Origin: Vicugna vicugna
Lineage: Eukaryota
Length of the DNA stretch: 64,000 nt
Reading direction: 5' to 3'
NCBI GenBank assembly: GCA_013265495.1
Contig: MU058781.1
Coordinates: forward strand, 10,397,009 to 10,461,008
A program made the position numbers and the translations under genes. Positions within the stretch are counted from its first letter, which is position 1. Each line of letters starts with the position of its first letter. Below are positions 1 to 14,079 of this stretch, one piece after another. The notes below the pieces were generated by a model. It worked only from the letters and a program-made list of their open reading frames with translations, was not told the origin of the DNA and did no database searches.

Positions 1-1414
1 TCCATGAATGAATGCTGAAAATAGTATAAAATGATGGCTAAGCTACCTACACAAATACACATAGGGATTGTTATGATCAGGTTAAAATAATAACGTTGAG
101 GTTCTATGGGTTATACCTACCACTTCCAGGTCCTGTAGAAGTGTCACAATTACCTAGTTTTGTCTCAATCAGCAGAATGGCCTTCATGCCAATACCATAT
201 TAAAAAGTGGCCACTGACTCCCTCTGTTCTTAGTTCTGCCCTGAGTCCTTACACTGACCCAATACTGCTTCGATTTCCTGTTCTGTTCCTAAAGCTTCTG
301 AGCTCTAAACTTGTTACTTCGTTTCCGATTATCAGTGCATCTGTCTCCAGATTGAACCTCAGCATCATGGCTAATGCTATCCTTTGTTTTGTCCTTTACC
401 AGAAGATGGAATTCTTCTTTGTCTCAGCTGCCATGAGTTACTCTGTAAATAACCTGAATGATCCAGCCAGGATTTGTGACCTTGCAGCTCACTACCCACC
501 CTTCAAGACAAATGTGCACAACATTTTCAGAGAAACCACATTATGATGAGAGAACCCTCAAATCCAAGACAATTGCTGGATAGAACTTCTACCTTGAAAC
601 CTGAGCCCTGCATTTATTATATATATGTAAGGTTATGAAAAAGACTTCTTTTACTATCCTTACTTTTCCTTTTGATAAAAGCACCGCTATTTCTGCTCTC
701 AGAAGAGGGTCCAAAGTCCATTTAACCCTTCAAATTAATGCATCATCCATAATCATTTTGCTCCTTTTATTCAAGCTATAACCTAACATTCCCCTCCTTG
801 TTGTATCTGGATGGGAAAGATGTTTAGTGGGTAAATAAGAATGTTTCTGTTTGATGGCTTCTTTCTAGACCATAGGAAAGGGTACTTTTTACTGTATCTC
901 AATCTTTTCTTGGTATTGTAGTCAATCCCTGTTGGATCCCTCAGCATTATATTCTTGAAACTTTTTAGAATACCTCCCTGAGGTTAAGATGAGAGGCAAA
1001 AGTTAAGTGTGGGGAAATCAAGTCATTTCTCACTAGCAGATGCTAGTGTCAATATCATCACAATGACATTTCTGATCATTTGATATACCTTCCAGAAAAG
1101 TCACTGTTTCTTTTCAGATTCCTGCCGGCCAGTTTTTCAGGCTCTGCTTGCACTTACAACTATCATTTTTCTAGTTTATAATTAGTCCCCCACATTCACT
1201 GGTAAGTAAGTGATGGAGGAAAGAAAAGAGAATGGCCATATGCTTCAATCCTAAAACATGATCAACTGTAGACAATGAAGAGCATTACTGACTTAATATT
1301 AGTTTTATGGGGGGGTGCTTATAAGACACCTTCAAAGCAGATGTTTTCAACGTGAAAAAATATCTTAGAATGGACAAAATGTAACATCTGTAGCTTGCCT
1401 GTTCTGTTTTACTG

Positions 1415-1605
1415 GGTCAAGCACTGTGCCAGGCACATATTACATGCATTATCTCATTTGTTCTTAATAGTCCTGTGTTGTATTCAATTTTATCCATTTC
1501 TCAGGTGAGAAAGCTGAGTTTTTTATACATAATGAACTTGCTCAAGATTGCTGAGCTAGTAAGTGAAAGTTCTGTTCTTTAAACTCAACACCAAGCTCAT
1601 GTGTC
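1415..1605 (-). mobile_element. MIR SINE, degenerate
   Basis: Reverse MIR core: gcactgtgccaggcac...ttatctcattt...ccatttctcaggtgagaaagctgag...ttgctcaag...gctagtaagtg. Confidence 0.75.
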
Positions 1606-1849
1606 TTCTCCTGGAGCTGTGATAGATGACGAATCCTACCTACTAGCCTCAAGGAACACTGGATGGGACAGGAGTTTAGATGACTTCTACAATCCAACCA
1701 TATTCTCTAGCAGCCTATAATTAATTCACTCCCAAGATTATACATTTTCATTGCCTGAAATCATCTAATCCTCAAAATTTGAATCTAAAGTTCCAATGAA
1801 ACCACAGCATTTTGTTTATGCCTCATGTTTTCTTAGTCTTCCTACACAC

Positions 1850-2660
1850 TTCTGTGATCGCCCAGCTCCTTGAAACTCCTTGTGTTCTTTCCATCTATGC
1901 CCACATGTGGCTTCACTTTCATTTCTACTGTACTTGAATCTACTGACCTGTCTCCATATGTGCTCCTGTCAGCAAAGTTTGCTCCCTCATCCCTCTGTCC
2001 CACCAAATCAACTCCCAATTTAGAATCCATCTAATCATTACTTGCTCTGTCCAACTCTGTCCAGAAAACCATGCAACCATTCCAACTGTATCATTACAAA
2101 GATTTAGTGTCCTGAGACTGCTGAGAATTTTCTTGTACTCTCCCTAGTTACCTTCCTCTTGCATGTCTCATAGTGTTTCTTCCAAACTCTAATTACTCTC
2201 ATTAGTTCCTTATTCCAAGCCTGCCTTAATCTCAGTAGATGACCTTGGTTCCTGCTCTCCAGAGAAACAGAAGACTGGAGTCCCTCCGTTTCAAAGCTCA
2301 TCCTCCCTCATGTACTTATGTCGGTCCTCCCACCCCTGATATCTACAAGACTCACGGCCTCACCTCTTTCAAGACTTGGCTTACACGTCTTCCTAGCCAC
2401 CTTCAATTTCAACCACACTGTTAATTAAAAACATCTTCTTCCTCTGCTGACTTGGTCCTCCTGATTCTTCTTAAAGCAATCACTTCCTAACATACTCCTT
2501 CTTTTATTCCTAAGGTTTACTATTATTGCTTATCTCCCTCAGGTAGAATGTAAGGTCCAGGAGCTTTGTCTATTTTGTACACTGATGTATTCCAAGCACC
2601 TAAAACAATACCTGGTTCATGGTAAGTACCAAAAAATATTTGTGAAATGAATGAATAAAT
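1850..2660 (+). mobile_element. LINE-2 (L2) fragments ending in the L2 3' terminus
   Basis: Pyrimidine-rich L2-like body, then the canonical tail tagaatgtaaggtccaggag...gcacctaaaacaatacctgg...aaatatttgtgaaatgaatgaataaat (2543-2660). Confidence 0.7.
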
Positions 2661-4109
2661 ACACACAAGCATTTGGGTTGCTTGCTCTCCTCCCTGCCTT
2701 CCCAGAGGAAGAGGTTATTTAACAAGGTAAAACTGATCATGATAACTGCCACTGCAGAGGAGATCTGGAAGATGAAATAATCTGCTTGTTTACATCTGAA
2801 TTATGACTTTGTAAGAGAGTGCTAAGATTGCATACTTCCAGTATGAGAAATCTTTCCTTGTCACTCATTCTACCTAACTAGTTCAAGGGCAGGGAATGCA
2901 TTTGCTGACTCCCTCACCTCTGATTATCTCTCAGTAAATCTGGACAGAACACACATCACTGCTCTACTCAATCTCTGTCATTAAATATACTCCAGAAACA
3001 ACTGGCCTCCAGGTTGACCCAATGGGACTAACTTTGGCTGTATTTCATTTTCTTTGATAGCTTTGGCCAATGATTTTGTCACTACAACTGAATTTTGTGC
3101 AGATTATAGTCTACCAGAGACTTCATTGATGCCAGAAAGTATATTTCTCTTTGGAACACAAGTCAAACTTGAGTTACAGTCCCCAGTGAACAACAATACT
3201 CCAGTGTAGAGCAGTAATATAATCGACTATCTCCTTTGGCTAAAAACTGTTTGCCTGGAATTCACAACCTACTGGAAAATGCAATGCAAACACCTGCTAT
3301 TTACCAATTTCCTGGGATAAAATATGACTGCAAAAAATACTTTATCAGTTAGATAACATTCCCAAATGCTGAATTTCCAGGCTTTATCAAAGAAGCCCTT
3401 CTTAGAAGATCCAGTGCATTTACCCTGAATGTCTAAGTCCCACAAAATAAATACATCTTTTCTTAATGTTTAAAAATGCTGTTATGGCCTGTCTTCTCAT
3501 TCTCCTTAAAAAAAAAAAATCAAAATACTTTTGTCCGATTTACTCTTGTTGTCTCTAATTTTTGCATTGATTCTTACCGTTACCTGGAGTTGGCTTCATT
3601 TTGTCTATATCAAAAGATCTTTTTGATTTTTAAGTAAAATACTGCATGAAGTAGAAACCTGATTGTGGTTTTTTGTGATAATGTTCCTTTTTTTTTTTTT
3701 TAAAGTGTGATGATTCAATCTGCAATCTTTATGCATTGCTTAAAAGGAATGAATGTCATCGTCTGCTATGAAGGTAGGGGACTGAAACAATTTGGGGTTA
3801 AATAAATTAGGTATGGATTCCTCTCTTTATTGTCCCCACTGAAGGAACCTTTTCTAGCCTTTTTTTCCTCTTTAAATAAACTGTTGGAGTAGCAATCCCA
3901 CTTCAGTTAAGCTGTGACAAAACTGAACAAGGAGTCAGTCTCCAAATCATAAATGGATTGTGTCACTAAAATGTGTTTGTTACCTTTCTGGTTTTATGAA
4001 TCCCTAATAACTTTTTTACATAGAAATGATACTCCTAGACTAGTTAACGTAAGCCACCTCTCATGATATCCTTTACGTGAGAAAGGAATAGTGGGGGATA
4101 TTTCAGGTT

Positions 4110-4850
4110 TTTTGCTCTTTCATATCTCTTATCATTTCAGTTTTTCTCACCTGTTCTCATTACACTTTCTCTCTGATCTTTCTGAGGCTTTTGATTCCTT
4201 CAATTTACTCTTAATGTCTTAGCTCTCTTGCGTGGCTTCACTTCCTTCCTACCAAATGTTGACCTGTTTGTCCATCAATTACACACTCATTGACAATTTC
4301 AGCTTCTTTGTCTTCTGCTATAAATGTCTCCCAAGTCACCATTTCAATATCATCTACTCTGACATATTTATGGTTTGGATCTTCACCTGGATATGCAACA
4401 CTCTTCCAAATTTTCACAATTTTCTTTAATTCTTTTGCCTCATTCTCTCTCCCATTCTTTCAGTCTCAGCAGGAAATTTCTCCCTTTTTCTTACAAGGAA
4501 AATAGAAACCACAAGGTATGCATTCTCTAAACTTGCCACTAATATAAACATTCATCCTTATCTTATTTCCATCTCTTTCAAAGGAAAAGCTGTGCTTCCT
4601 CTAATCAAGTTTAATTCTTCCACCTATTCCATTGTATTTTTTCCTTACCCTTCTTAAACACGTTTCTCCATCAGTAACGGATGAAATTCATAATATTTAT
4701 CCACTGACTCTCCACTAAACCCTTTCTGAATATTACTTACAGGTATTCGTTGTAAAAATAAAGAAGTAAAATAATTCCTAAACTTTTCTTTACATTTTCT
4801 CTTTTTTGGTCCATCTCACCCCAACTTCTGAAAGATTAGTCCAATGGTAG
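4110..4850 (+). mobile_element. Old L2 fragment
   Basis: L2-like motifs such as gatcttcacctggatatgcaac...aaaatagaaacc and a C/T-rich decayed body. Confidence 0.45.
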
Positions 4851-4869
4851 AACAGTTTCAGAAGAAATC

Positions 4870-5820
4870 AAGTTCTGGGGTGTAACCATGGGGACTGGAA
4901 TATGAAGTAGGGTGGAGGTGAATGAACAGGACAAGAAAGGGAAAGAAACCCAAAAGCTGTTATGTTAGACAGGTTGCCAAAGTGAAGTCTGAAGTCACCA
5001 AAAATAATGGCCCAACTTAATGGCCCAAGAAAAAGACTCTGACCAGGGGCCAAAATAGTAGTAAATAAGCAAGAGTGATCATAATGTCTGTGGATGATCT
5101 ATGAGGTAGATGAACAGAGTTTGGCATAAGCCTCCAAGGAGCAGGAGTTTTACTCCATGGAGAAGGAGAAACAGTGTAGATTCCAGAATGGAGGTCAGGA
5201 TGCCAACTTCAATTCCCAGATGTGAGGTCCGTGGGATGTCGGGGAAAGAGCAGAATAGAAATGAAAGTCCTGCAGGGGAAAATGGCTTTTCATGGCAGAA
5301 TCGATATCCAAGTAAGGTAGAGAAGAGTGGGGATTTTCAATGGAGAAGTCACAAAGCAGGGAGAAATTTATACCTGTGAATCAGGGTCACCCAAGGGGAC
5401 ACAGACAGTGAATACTGAGCAGTGAGGACAGATCAAGGAAAAAGGAGCCTGAAGCAGTTCCATGGATCAGAATCTAGAATTTGGATGAGTAGAAAGGCTC
5501 AGATCTTGAGCAACAAGCAAGGATAACAGACTCCAGTCATGGCAGACTAAACTGGCCGCAAACTCCCGACATTTGCCATCACAGTTTCCTGTTCATTTGG
5601 GAAAGACTGGCCATGGCTTGAGTAACTATAATTCTGAAGGGAGGGATACTCAGTGAGGAAATTCTGACTTGAGTTGATTGCTTTGGCTCTGATGACAGGC
5701 TCTGGGTGAGAGGTTCCTACAGAGAAACTCCCTCCAAGGCAGTGTGTGTGCTGGAGAGTGAAGGTGGAGATCGAATGGTCAGAGGCCTAGTCATAGAAGC
5801 TGAGAGAAGCTCACCATTAA
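4870..5820 (-). mobile_element. Old L2 ORF2-region fragment, reverse orientation
   Basis: Purine-rich decayed sequence typical of antisense L2 (ggaggtcaggatgcc, gtagagaagagtggggatttt, agaaaggctcagatcttgag). Confidence 0.45.
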
Positions 5821-7234
5821 TCTAAGCTTTATAAACCCACAGGGGCCACTGATCATGAGCGTCTCCAGTAACAGTCCCCAGTTTTGTATTAACTGACATG
5901 TCACACAATGTGTTATGATTGCTGCATATGCAATTATAGAAATGCTGATCATCACTCTTTTTTTCCCCCAGTAGATGCAGATTTTTGTTTAAAATACAAC
6001 CATTCCATGAACTTATTGAATCTCTTCCTGACACATTTACTGATGGAGAACAGAATTAGGCCAACTTTATTTCTGGGTTTGATGTGCTTTCCAGACTTGT
6101 TAGGTTTAGCTGGAAGTAATCTTACTCCATACACTGTGAAATGTTTTAAAGTGCTTTGCTGCATCTACAGAGCAAAACTTTTCACCATGGCTGATTGGAA
6201 ATAAGCAAAGGAACAGATACAAAGTTGAGAAGATGGAGAATATAAATAAAAGAACTCTACTTAGCAAATCTGAATATAGAAATGAAGTAAAATCAGGATG
6301 CCTGGTAAGAACAGCCATGTTTAAATTTCCAGTTTTCATCCAGATACTGTAATTAACTAGACCCGGTAACTAGTATCAAACCTGCTAAAAGCGTATTACA
6401 ATCTCTCTCATCTGCAAATTATGTTCATGCAGATGTTACGTGTCTTATGATGGAAAGACTGCCAAAGGGGGAAAGTGGTTTTCTTTGTGTCAAATTTAAT
6501 AAACCCAAACCAGGTAAGTCAGCTTTGCAAGCTGGAATCCCATTTGTTTGCATTAGGTTGACTTTTCTCATATATCTTTCACCAGTAATATCAGACTGTA
6601 TATCCATTCTGATGATGTATAAATGGAAAATTTTCAGTGCAAAAGCACATGGGAACCTCCACAAGATCACTCTGACAGGTTTTTTTCTCTTATTTTTTCC
6701 TGCTGTGATTTTGGAAGGCTGTACTTTTCTCCTGTTAAAATGATTAGTGCTTTAAGTGAATGAGATCACTTACTGAAATAAAAATCCAGCCAAGCCATAT
6801 TCTCATATTGTGATCTCATATGGGCTCAGCCTCAAGAGAGGCCCCCTGAGAGATTTTGCAAAATTGTTCATCCAATTGTTGCATGTAGCCTCTGTTCAGA
6901 AAGGAAACATGGTTGACAAAATCTAGTAAAAAGGGCCCCTGGATGCCAAAAACAATATAAACGCATGTGTACCATAATATAGGCTGCTATCTTGCAAAAA
7001 TAATCTTCCTCTGTTGTACGTACAGCCCGTGGTGCATGAAACACCTGAATGCTTACGTAATCCTCACGCCCCGCATGGGGAGAGACTTAAGATGCCGAGC
7101 TCTGCACGTAACCCTGTGCCCACAAGCAGTCCATGGGCGTCTGGGGATGCTGAGATTCACCTCCAAGCTTCACATGGCTTCAGAGATTTTGAACTGCTGT
7201 TTCTCTGACACACATATCTTGATTTGAAATACTT

Positions 7235-8905
7235 GGTGGTACATTTTTTAAGTAAATTCAAGGTCTGTAAAACCCACAAAACATTGCTGATAAAAATCAA
7301 GAAGACAAATAAATGTAGAAATATACCATATTCATGGATCAAAATGCTAAATACTGATGCAACACAAATTCTTTAAATTGATCTATAGATTCATTGCAAT
7401 TCCAATCAAAATATTGGCTGCCTTTTTTTTTGGTAGAAATTGATAAACTTATTCTAAAATTTATGGGAAAATTAAAGGAATTCTGATTAAGAACAGAGTT
7501 GGACGAACTACCTGATTGCAATACTGATTATACTGATACAATTATCATGAGTGTGTGGTGTTGGTTTGAGTATAGAAATAAAGAAATAACGATTAATGGA
7601 GCAGAATAGAGTTTAGAAAGAGACTCACACATATGCAGTAATTAATATTCAACAAAATTCTGAAGTAATTTAATAGGGAGCATATAGTCTTTCCAACACA
7701 TAGTGCTAAAATAAGTGGACATCCAAAGGAAAAAAAATTAAAAAACAAAACAAAGTCAAACCTTACTTCAAACACGTACACATTACTTCTAATTGGATCA
7801 TAGAGTTAACGTAAGAGCCAAAACTATAAAACTTATAAACATTAACTTAGAAGAAAAATCTTTGCAAACTTAAGAGTAATATTAATTAGGACAGAGAGAA
7901 TGCTAACCACAAAAGAAAAAAACTGATAAACTGGACTTTACTGAAATTAAAACTATTAAGACTATAAAAAGACAAGCTGCAGAGTGGGAGAAAATATTGG
8001 CAAAACGTATCTGATAAAGGACTCATTTCCAAAACATGTAAAGAGCACTTACAAATCAATAAGAAAAAGAAACAGTTTCTAAAATGAAACAAAGATTTGA
8101 ATAGACATTCTCCCTCCCTCAAAAGACACAGCATTGCCAATGAGTACACGAAAAGATGTGCAGCATCATTACCCATTAGGAAAAAGTGAATTAAAACTAC
8201 AGTAAGATACCACTACAGACCTGTTAGAATAAATAAAATTAAAAAGCCTGACTACATCCAGAATTATAGAGCAATTAGAACCACTGTCTCTTGTTGGCAG
8301 AAATATGAAACATACAAATCACTTTGAAAAACACTTTGGTCGTTTCTTATAAAGTTATACACACACCATAGGACCCAACAATCCCACTCTTAGAGAGAAA
8401 TGAAACATATTTACATGAAGACTTGCAATCTAATTTTCATAGCAACTTTCTTCATAATAGCCAAAAAGTGGAAACAACTCAAATGGCTATCAACTGGTGA
8501 ATGGACAAATAAAGTAAGGTATGTACAAATAATGAGATACTATTTAGCAATACAAAGGGACAAGCTACTGACTGTATGCGACTGAATGGATGCATGTCAA
8601 AGGCATTATGCTCAAAGAAGCCCGACATACCTGATTACACAATGATACTACTGAATAAAATTGCAGAAATTGAAAAGCTATACTGACAGAAAGTAGATTT
8701 GTTTGCAAGTGGCTGAAGGTGGGAGTAGCAAATTGACTCCAAAGGGGCACAGGGTACCTTTTGGGGTGATGGAAATGTTCCATATCATTATTCTCGTGTT
8801 GTTGGGTACTTGATCATATGCATTTGTCCAAACTCAGCTAAATGTACCCTTAAAATTGGTGACTTTTATTATATACGAATCATTGTTCAGTAATACTGAT
8901 TCAAA
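7235..8905 (+). mobile_element. 5'-truncated old L1 (L1M-type): ORF2 3' remnant plus 3' UTR
   Basis: L1 ORF2 hallmarks (aaatataccatattcatggatc, gatctatagattcattgcaattccaatcaaaat, tgggagaaaatattggcaaa, gatgtgcagcatcattacccattagg) and 3' UTR (ttttggggtgatggaaatgttc); many stops and frameshifts. Confidence 0.92.
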
Positions 8906-9944
8906 ATTATACAGTTCCAAAACTGTAGAAAAAAATATCATAAAGTATCAATTGGCAACACAATCATACAAAGAATAAAGAAAAGATAATTTCTACACAG
9001 CAGATCCCAAACCTGAAGGCTCTCTCCAGAGATCAATAACTTAGAATAGCCTCAAGAACTACTTGTTTTAAAGGTACATAAATTTTAATGAGAGGTCTCT
9101 ATTTGAAATTCAGGTAAGGGGTGTACGTGTACGTGTCTGTGTGTTTCTGGGGCTGAAGGACTGGTGATAAAAAGACTGAGATATGGAGGAAGCCAATGGA
9201 GAGAAAATAAACTGGACCCCTGTCCTAGAAAGGGCAGTGTCAAGGGGCTGACCAGGTAGGCTCCTGGAAATGCCGGCCAGCATCACTTTGAAAGCTCTTT
9301 GCTTACAAGTGCTCCTTGTTTACATGCAGTAATCCATCACCACCAGTAACATGCCCTGTGTGTAACCACCTTTCCTCAGGATTAGAGGGAATACAGATTT
9401 CCTGCTCATTTGCAAAGTATTTCATTTAGTAATGGCTTTAGTAGGCTCATTTAAAGCTCTCCTACTGCTACAGTAATAGATCAGTTCTGTAAACTGCTAA
9501 CAGTCCATGTTTGTACTAAATATAATCAAATGGTAACATATCTCTAAAGTAAACAAATGAGTTTTTATTCTGTTCAATTTTCTCCAAACAAAATTAATCT
9601 TACTACTGTTTCTTGCTGCAAGGTATCTGGAAATGATATTTTCCTCCTAATCTGCCTGGAGGCTTTCTGAGAATACCAGGGGCCCCGCTATTTCCTCTCT
9701 GTTTCTCGCAGCAGGCAGGAAGTTCTCACAGAAAGGACAACTGCACAAAAAAGCCTTGGTCTCCACTCTTCACCTTACAGCAGCCCACGCCTGGTCCGTG
9801 ATTCAGTTCATCCCCTCACTGTTCTCCCAATTTTTCCTTATTTTACTTCAAACCTCTGGACTCAAGAGGATGAACAGAAGTGGGGAAGGCATGGTGATGA
9901 AATAGTAGAGTTGGTTTAGGGAACATTTACCGATTCCCCCAGAG

Positions 9945-10150
9945 CCAAGTGGTGGAATGGTTTAAGAGGTATAGACTACTAGGTATATGTAAAATAAGAT
10001 ACAAGGACGTAAGGTACAGTGCAGGGAATATAGCCAATATTTCAAAATAACTTTAAATGGAGTATGACCAATAAAAATATCCAGTCACTATGTTGTCCAC
10101 CCGAAACTAATGTAATGTTGTAAGTAAAGGATACTTCAATTAAAAAAATG
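9945..10150 (+). mobile_element. L1 3' end with short A-tail
   Basis: gtacagtgcagggaatatagccaatatt...cactatgttgtccacccgaaactaat...tacttcaattaaaaaaa. Confidence 0.85.
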
Positions 10151-10514
10151 ACAAATCTACATACATAAAAAAAGAATTGTTGAATGCAGTGGAGATACAA
10201 AATGACTGATGTTAGTCTTATTTTTTTTTTCCCATTCTGCAGCAGACAACAGCATACAGATCTGGCTTTGTGTGGCAACCTAGGGGAGTTGTACGTATTT
10301 ACATCTCATTCCATTTCTACGTCCCACAAACACGTCCTTGTGTCCCTAGATTATGATCATTCCTCCATCAACATATATCCTCTTCCACCATAAAATTGAA
10401 CAAGCAACAAAAATAAAAACATCCCTTCCTAGTAAACTGAATAAAATATATTTCTTTCAACGTCTGAATCAATATTTTTCACATGCAGCTGAATCTTTTC
10501 CTGGGTTCAAGTGC

Positions 10515-10702
10515 ACAAAAAGAGCGAGCAAGCTCTCTGGGGTCTCTTCGCATAAAAGCACTATTCCTACTGGACCAGGGCTCTACCCCATGACCTCTTC
10601 TAACTCTAATTACCTCCCCAAAGGCCCTTTCTCCAAATACCATCATACCAGGGCCTAGGGATTCAATACATGAGTTTGGGGGGGACATCATTCAGTGCAC
10701 TG
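10515..10702 (-). mobile_element. MaLR LTR fragment (MLT1A/B-like)
   Basis: ctctctggggtctctt...ccccatgacctc...taattacctccccaaaggccc...ttcaatacatgagtttgggggggaca..attcag, the typical reverse MLT1 terminus. Confidence 0.85.
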
Positions 10703-11379
10703 AGGCATCTTTAGCACATCTACCCTTTGTCTTGTTTATCCTCATTATCAGGAAACTTAGAGAACTTGTCCCTGGTGCTCTAAACAGTTGTAACAAAATT
10801 CGAACCCACAGACAACTAAAACCTGCTCCCGGAGACTACTGATGTATTTTTCAACAAAATGACAAATTAAAAAAAATTAAGTTATAGTCTCAAATTATTT
10901 AGCTTAGAGTAAAAGTAACTCTTAGATGACATTAATGTGTGAATATTTATATTCCTCCACCACCAATTTGCTGTCCTCATTTAAGAACTCTAAGCAGTCA
11001 ATTTCCTACAGGGAGAGGTAGGGAAGACTGAATTCTAACAGCATTTTGCATTCTGCAGAAACATCTAAAATTTCTGCAAGTGTACTTTTCAAATTCATAG
11101 GCTCTCAATCAGTCAGGAGGTAAATACAATCAAAGTAAAAGGGAATGATAACTTGCTATTTTATACCCCTTGCCCACGCCTTTTCTTGTCTTGAGAATTA
11201 CAGTTAAAATCATCTGCCCAGCACTGAATCTTTACAGGTTCAGTGCAACATCACTCACACACACATGCACACACACAGATTATAAAAGTATTACAATCAT
11301 TGAGGACCAAGAGTTGGCAGAGTACTGTAAGTATTTCTGGACAGTATACATTTCGGATTCTCTTTTCCAATTGCCTAGG

Positions 11380-11685
11380 AATTTTTTAACAGCTTTATTT
11401 AGGCATAATAGATATACAAAAAAATCTGGACATATTTAATGTACACAATTTGATGAGTTTAGAGATATGCATTCATCTGTGAAACTATCACAGCAATCAA
11501 GGTAATAAACACATCCACCACCCCTAAAAGTTCCCCACCGTTGTATATGAGTGTGCGTGTTAAGAACACTTAACATGAGATCTACCCGCTAAAGTATTTT
11601 TAAGTGTATGATACTGAATCGTTAACTACAGGCACTATGTTATACAGACGACCCCTAGAACTTGTTCATCCTGCGTAACTGAAAC
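11380..11685 (-). mobile_element. L1 3' end (L1MA/MB-like) with 9-bp target-site duplication
   Basis: ttttttaacagctttatttaggcataat...ctagaacttgttcatcctgcgtaactgaaac; flanked by TTGCCTAGG at 11371-11379 and 11686-11694. Confidence 0.88.
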
Positions 11686-13354
11686 TTGCCTAGGGTATAT
11701 TAAAAACAAAAAAACTTATTTATAGATGAAAACAACAGTTTTGGCTTCTTTATACTGAGACATGACATTTGTGATGCAAAAAGTTGATTGTCTTACTGGC
11801 CTCCAAGCTTTTTCTGGCTTAAAAACCAGAAAACTCTATTCATACTGGCATCTGACCCCTCCCTCAGGTTTAAGTTAGTGCCTCCCCTTCATTCTCTATT
11901 ATCTCACCCAGATTCCACAATTTGGTGTTTACTTGTTGGTTGATTACTAATATAAGGTCTGTAATGTAAGCTTTGCAGCGTTAAGTTTGTACTTCTGACA
12001 CAGCAGGTGCTCAAAATATATTTCTTGAAAGACAAATTCACTGCATTGATAGACGATCATGACAGATGCACAGGGCACAGGTGAAGAGACTTGCATGCAT
12101 AATTGTTTAGTTATGTGTGTTTTTCTCCCTTGGAAACAGAATACAAGAAAGTTTATTAATCCTTCCCATTAAGAACACCTGAGAGCATGTCACACTTTCA
12201 GCATAGTTGATAAGTCGTGTTTAGTAAAATTAATTTGATTTTTTAATCAGATTTTGATTCTTGCACACTTTCAAGTGTTTTATGAGATAGAAGCCAAAGG
12301 ACTTGATCTTCCAGGAGAATGTTCTTTATTTCCTACATGTCTTTCTATGCTAAATGAAAAGAAGATATGTGGGTAATGACAGGTTACTGCGATACAATTT
12401 TCCAGGTAGCCACCATATAAGAGAATCTTGGATGTTTTTCATTCCTTTCAATCCCAACACAGAGCAGTTAAATTCATTGCAAGCTGAAACCTTTGATACA
12501 CATATAAAATATTTTTAAATGTGTTGTTTCAAAATTCAGATCAGTTTGCTTCTCATCCCCTCACAAATTATCCCACTCTACTGTATTCAGCCATGTAGAT
12601 TCAGGAATTATACAATTTCATCTCAAAGAAAAAAAAATGGGACTTTTTTTTTCCAGTATTAGGCCACAAGATTTGTTCAATAATTTTTATGTTCCCAAAT
12701 TACAATTTACATCTATTCATAAGACTACAGAAGTTTCCATTAGAACTGTCTACACTTATAAAATACCAACTTTTAAAAAACTGTTATATATACTCATTAC
12801 CACCAGTCTGCAATGAGTTACACAGAATCATAGGCACCTCAAAGGCAGAAAGTATAACAGAACCAATCCCAGATAATATGATGAGTTTTTATAGATAAAC
12901 ACATAAGGACCTAAAGACAGACAATTATTTCCAGGGGAAAAAAAAAAAAAACAAAGAATGTTGTCAATGCCCCTTACAATTAGAATGGAATAGATCCCAG
13001 TTTGCCTGTCCTGGCAGAATTATTAATAGTTCTGGTTTGGACGATAAATTATATGAGCCCCTTATGTGTGATTTAAGAACATCTGAAACTTGGAAAAATC
13101 TAAGAATTTCAAAATGCATCAAACTAAATAGCAACATATATTCCCCAATATTGATTTTGTCATTTTGTAATACATTTTTGAAAAATAACTGTCCTGCAAT
13201 TCAGAATAAGAGACTCAATTCATTTTTTCCCATAGGTGATTGTAGCAAATTCTTTGTGATATTAACACATCCTATGATAATCACACTTTGAAAACATGTG
13301 CCAAGTCAAATGCAGGGCATGGAAACAGTGATGTCACAGGAAAACTATGGAAAA

Positions 13355-13545
13355 CACTCTGGACACTGGATTTCTGCTCGGGGGACCCAGATTCTGGTCT
13401 CCATTCTACCAACTTTGTGGCCTTGATCTACTCACAAATTTTCTAAACACAAAATCGTGATATGTAAGAAGAGACTAATAATATTTTCCCTGTCCATTTA
13501 ACAGAGTTAACAGGATTAAATAAGAAAATGTTACACGTTATTATC
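13355..13545 (+). mobile_element. MIR SINE, degenerate
   Basis: gacccagattctggtctccattctaccaactttgtggccttg...aggattaaataagaaaatg. Confidence 0.55.
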
Positions 13546-13634
13546 ATTCTATTCCATTTAAGGCGGGCCAGAATGGCACCTTTACGGAGAAAATGGAAAA
13601 CGTGAGATTCGGAATGTGGCTGGTTTGCTACAGG

Positions 13635-13770
13635 ACCTGGCTTCCCAGGTGTCTTACCGTGGGCAAGCTATTTAACCTTCACAAGTCTTAAGTTTGTTCA
13701 TGTGCAAAACAGAGATAATCACTGTATTCAACTTGTTCTCTCACACTTCTAAGATAATGCAAAACATTTC
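13635..13770 (+). mobile_element. MIR SINE fragment
   Basis: gtgggcaagctatttaaccttcacaagtcttaagtttgttcatgtgcaaaacagagataat, MIR core. Confidence 0.65.
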
Positions 13771-14079
13771 ACAAATATTGACTTTGGGACTTCAGAGTAA
13801 TGCTGCTGTGATAATGGTTTCTTGCAATATAAAATAGTGGTAGAACCTCCACACTTCCACAAGTCTGAAATGTGTCTACACCGTATGATAGACAACAAAA
13901 TGGGAGGGAGGCAAAACCAAGTTATTTTGGAAAATAAAAAGTGGCAAACTCTGTAGTTTACATGTGTTAGTAGGCTGTGTTACTCATTTAGTTGCCTCAA
14001 TCCTTCTGTATCTTATTGTTGCCAACATCCTATTAAACCGAAAATGAGTTTGCAATCTATTTAAACAAAGTCATTAACT

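Noticed and set aside
160..546. 128-aa ORF
   Set aside because: Starts at TTG, has Leu/Ser/Phe-rich composition typical of T-rich non-coding DNA, and shows no recognisable domain
7886..8783. Several ORFs resembling database 'hypothetical proteins'
   Set aside because: They are sense and antisense translations of a decayed L1
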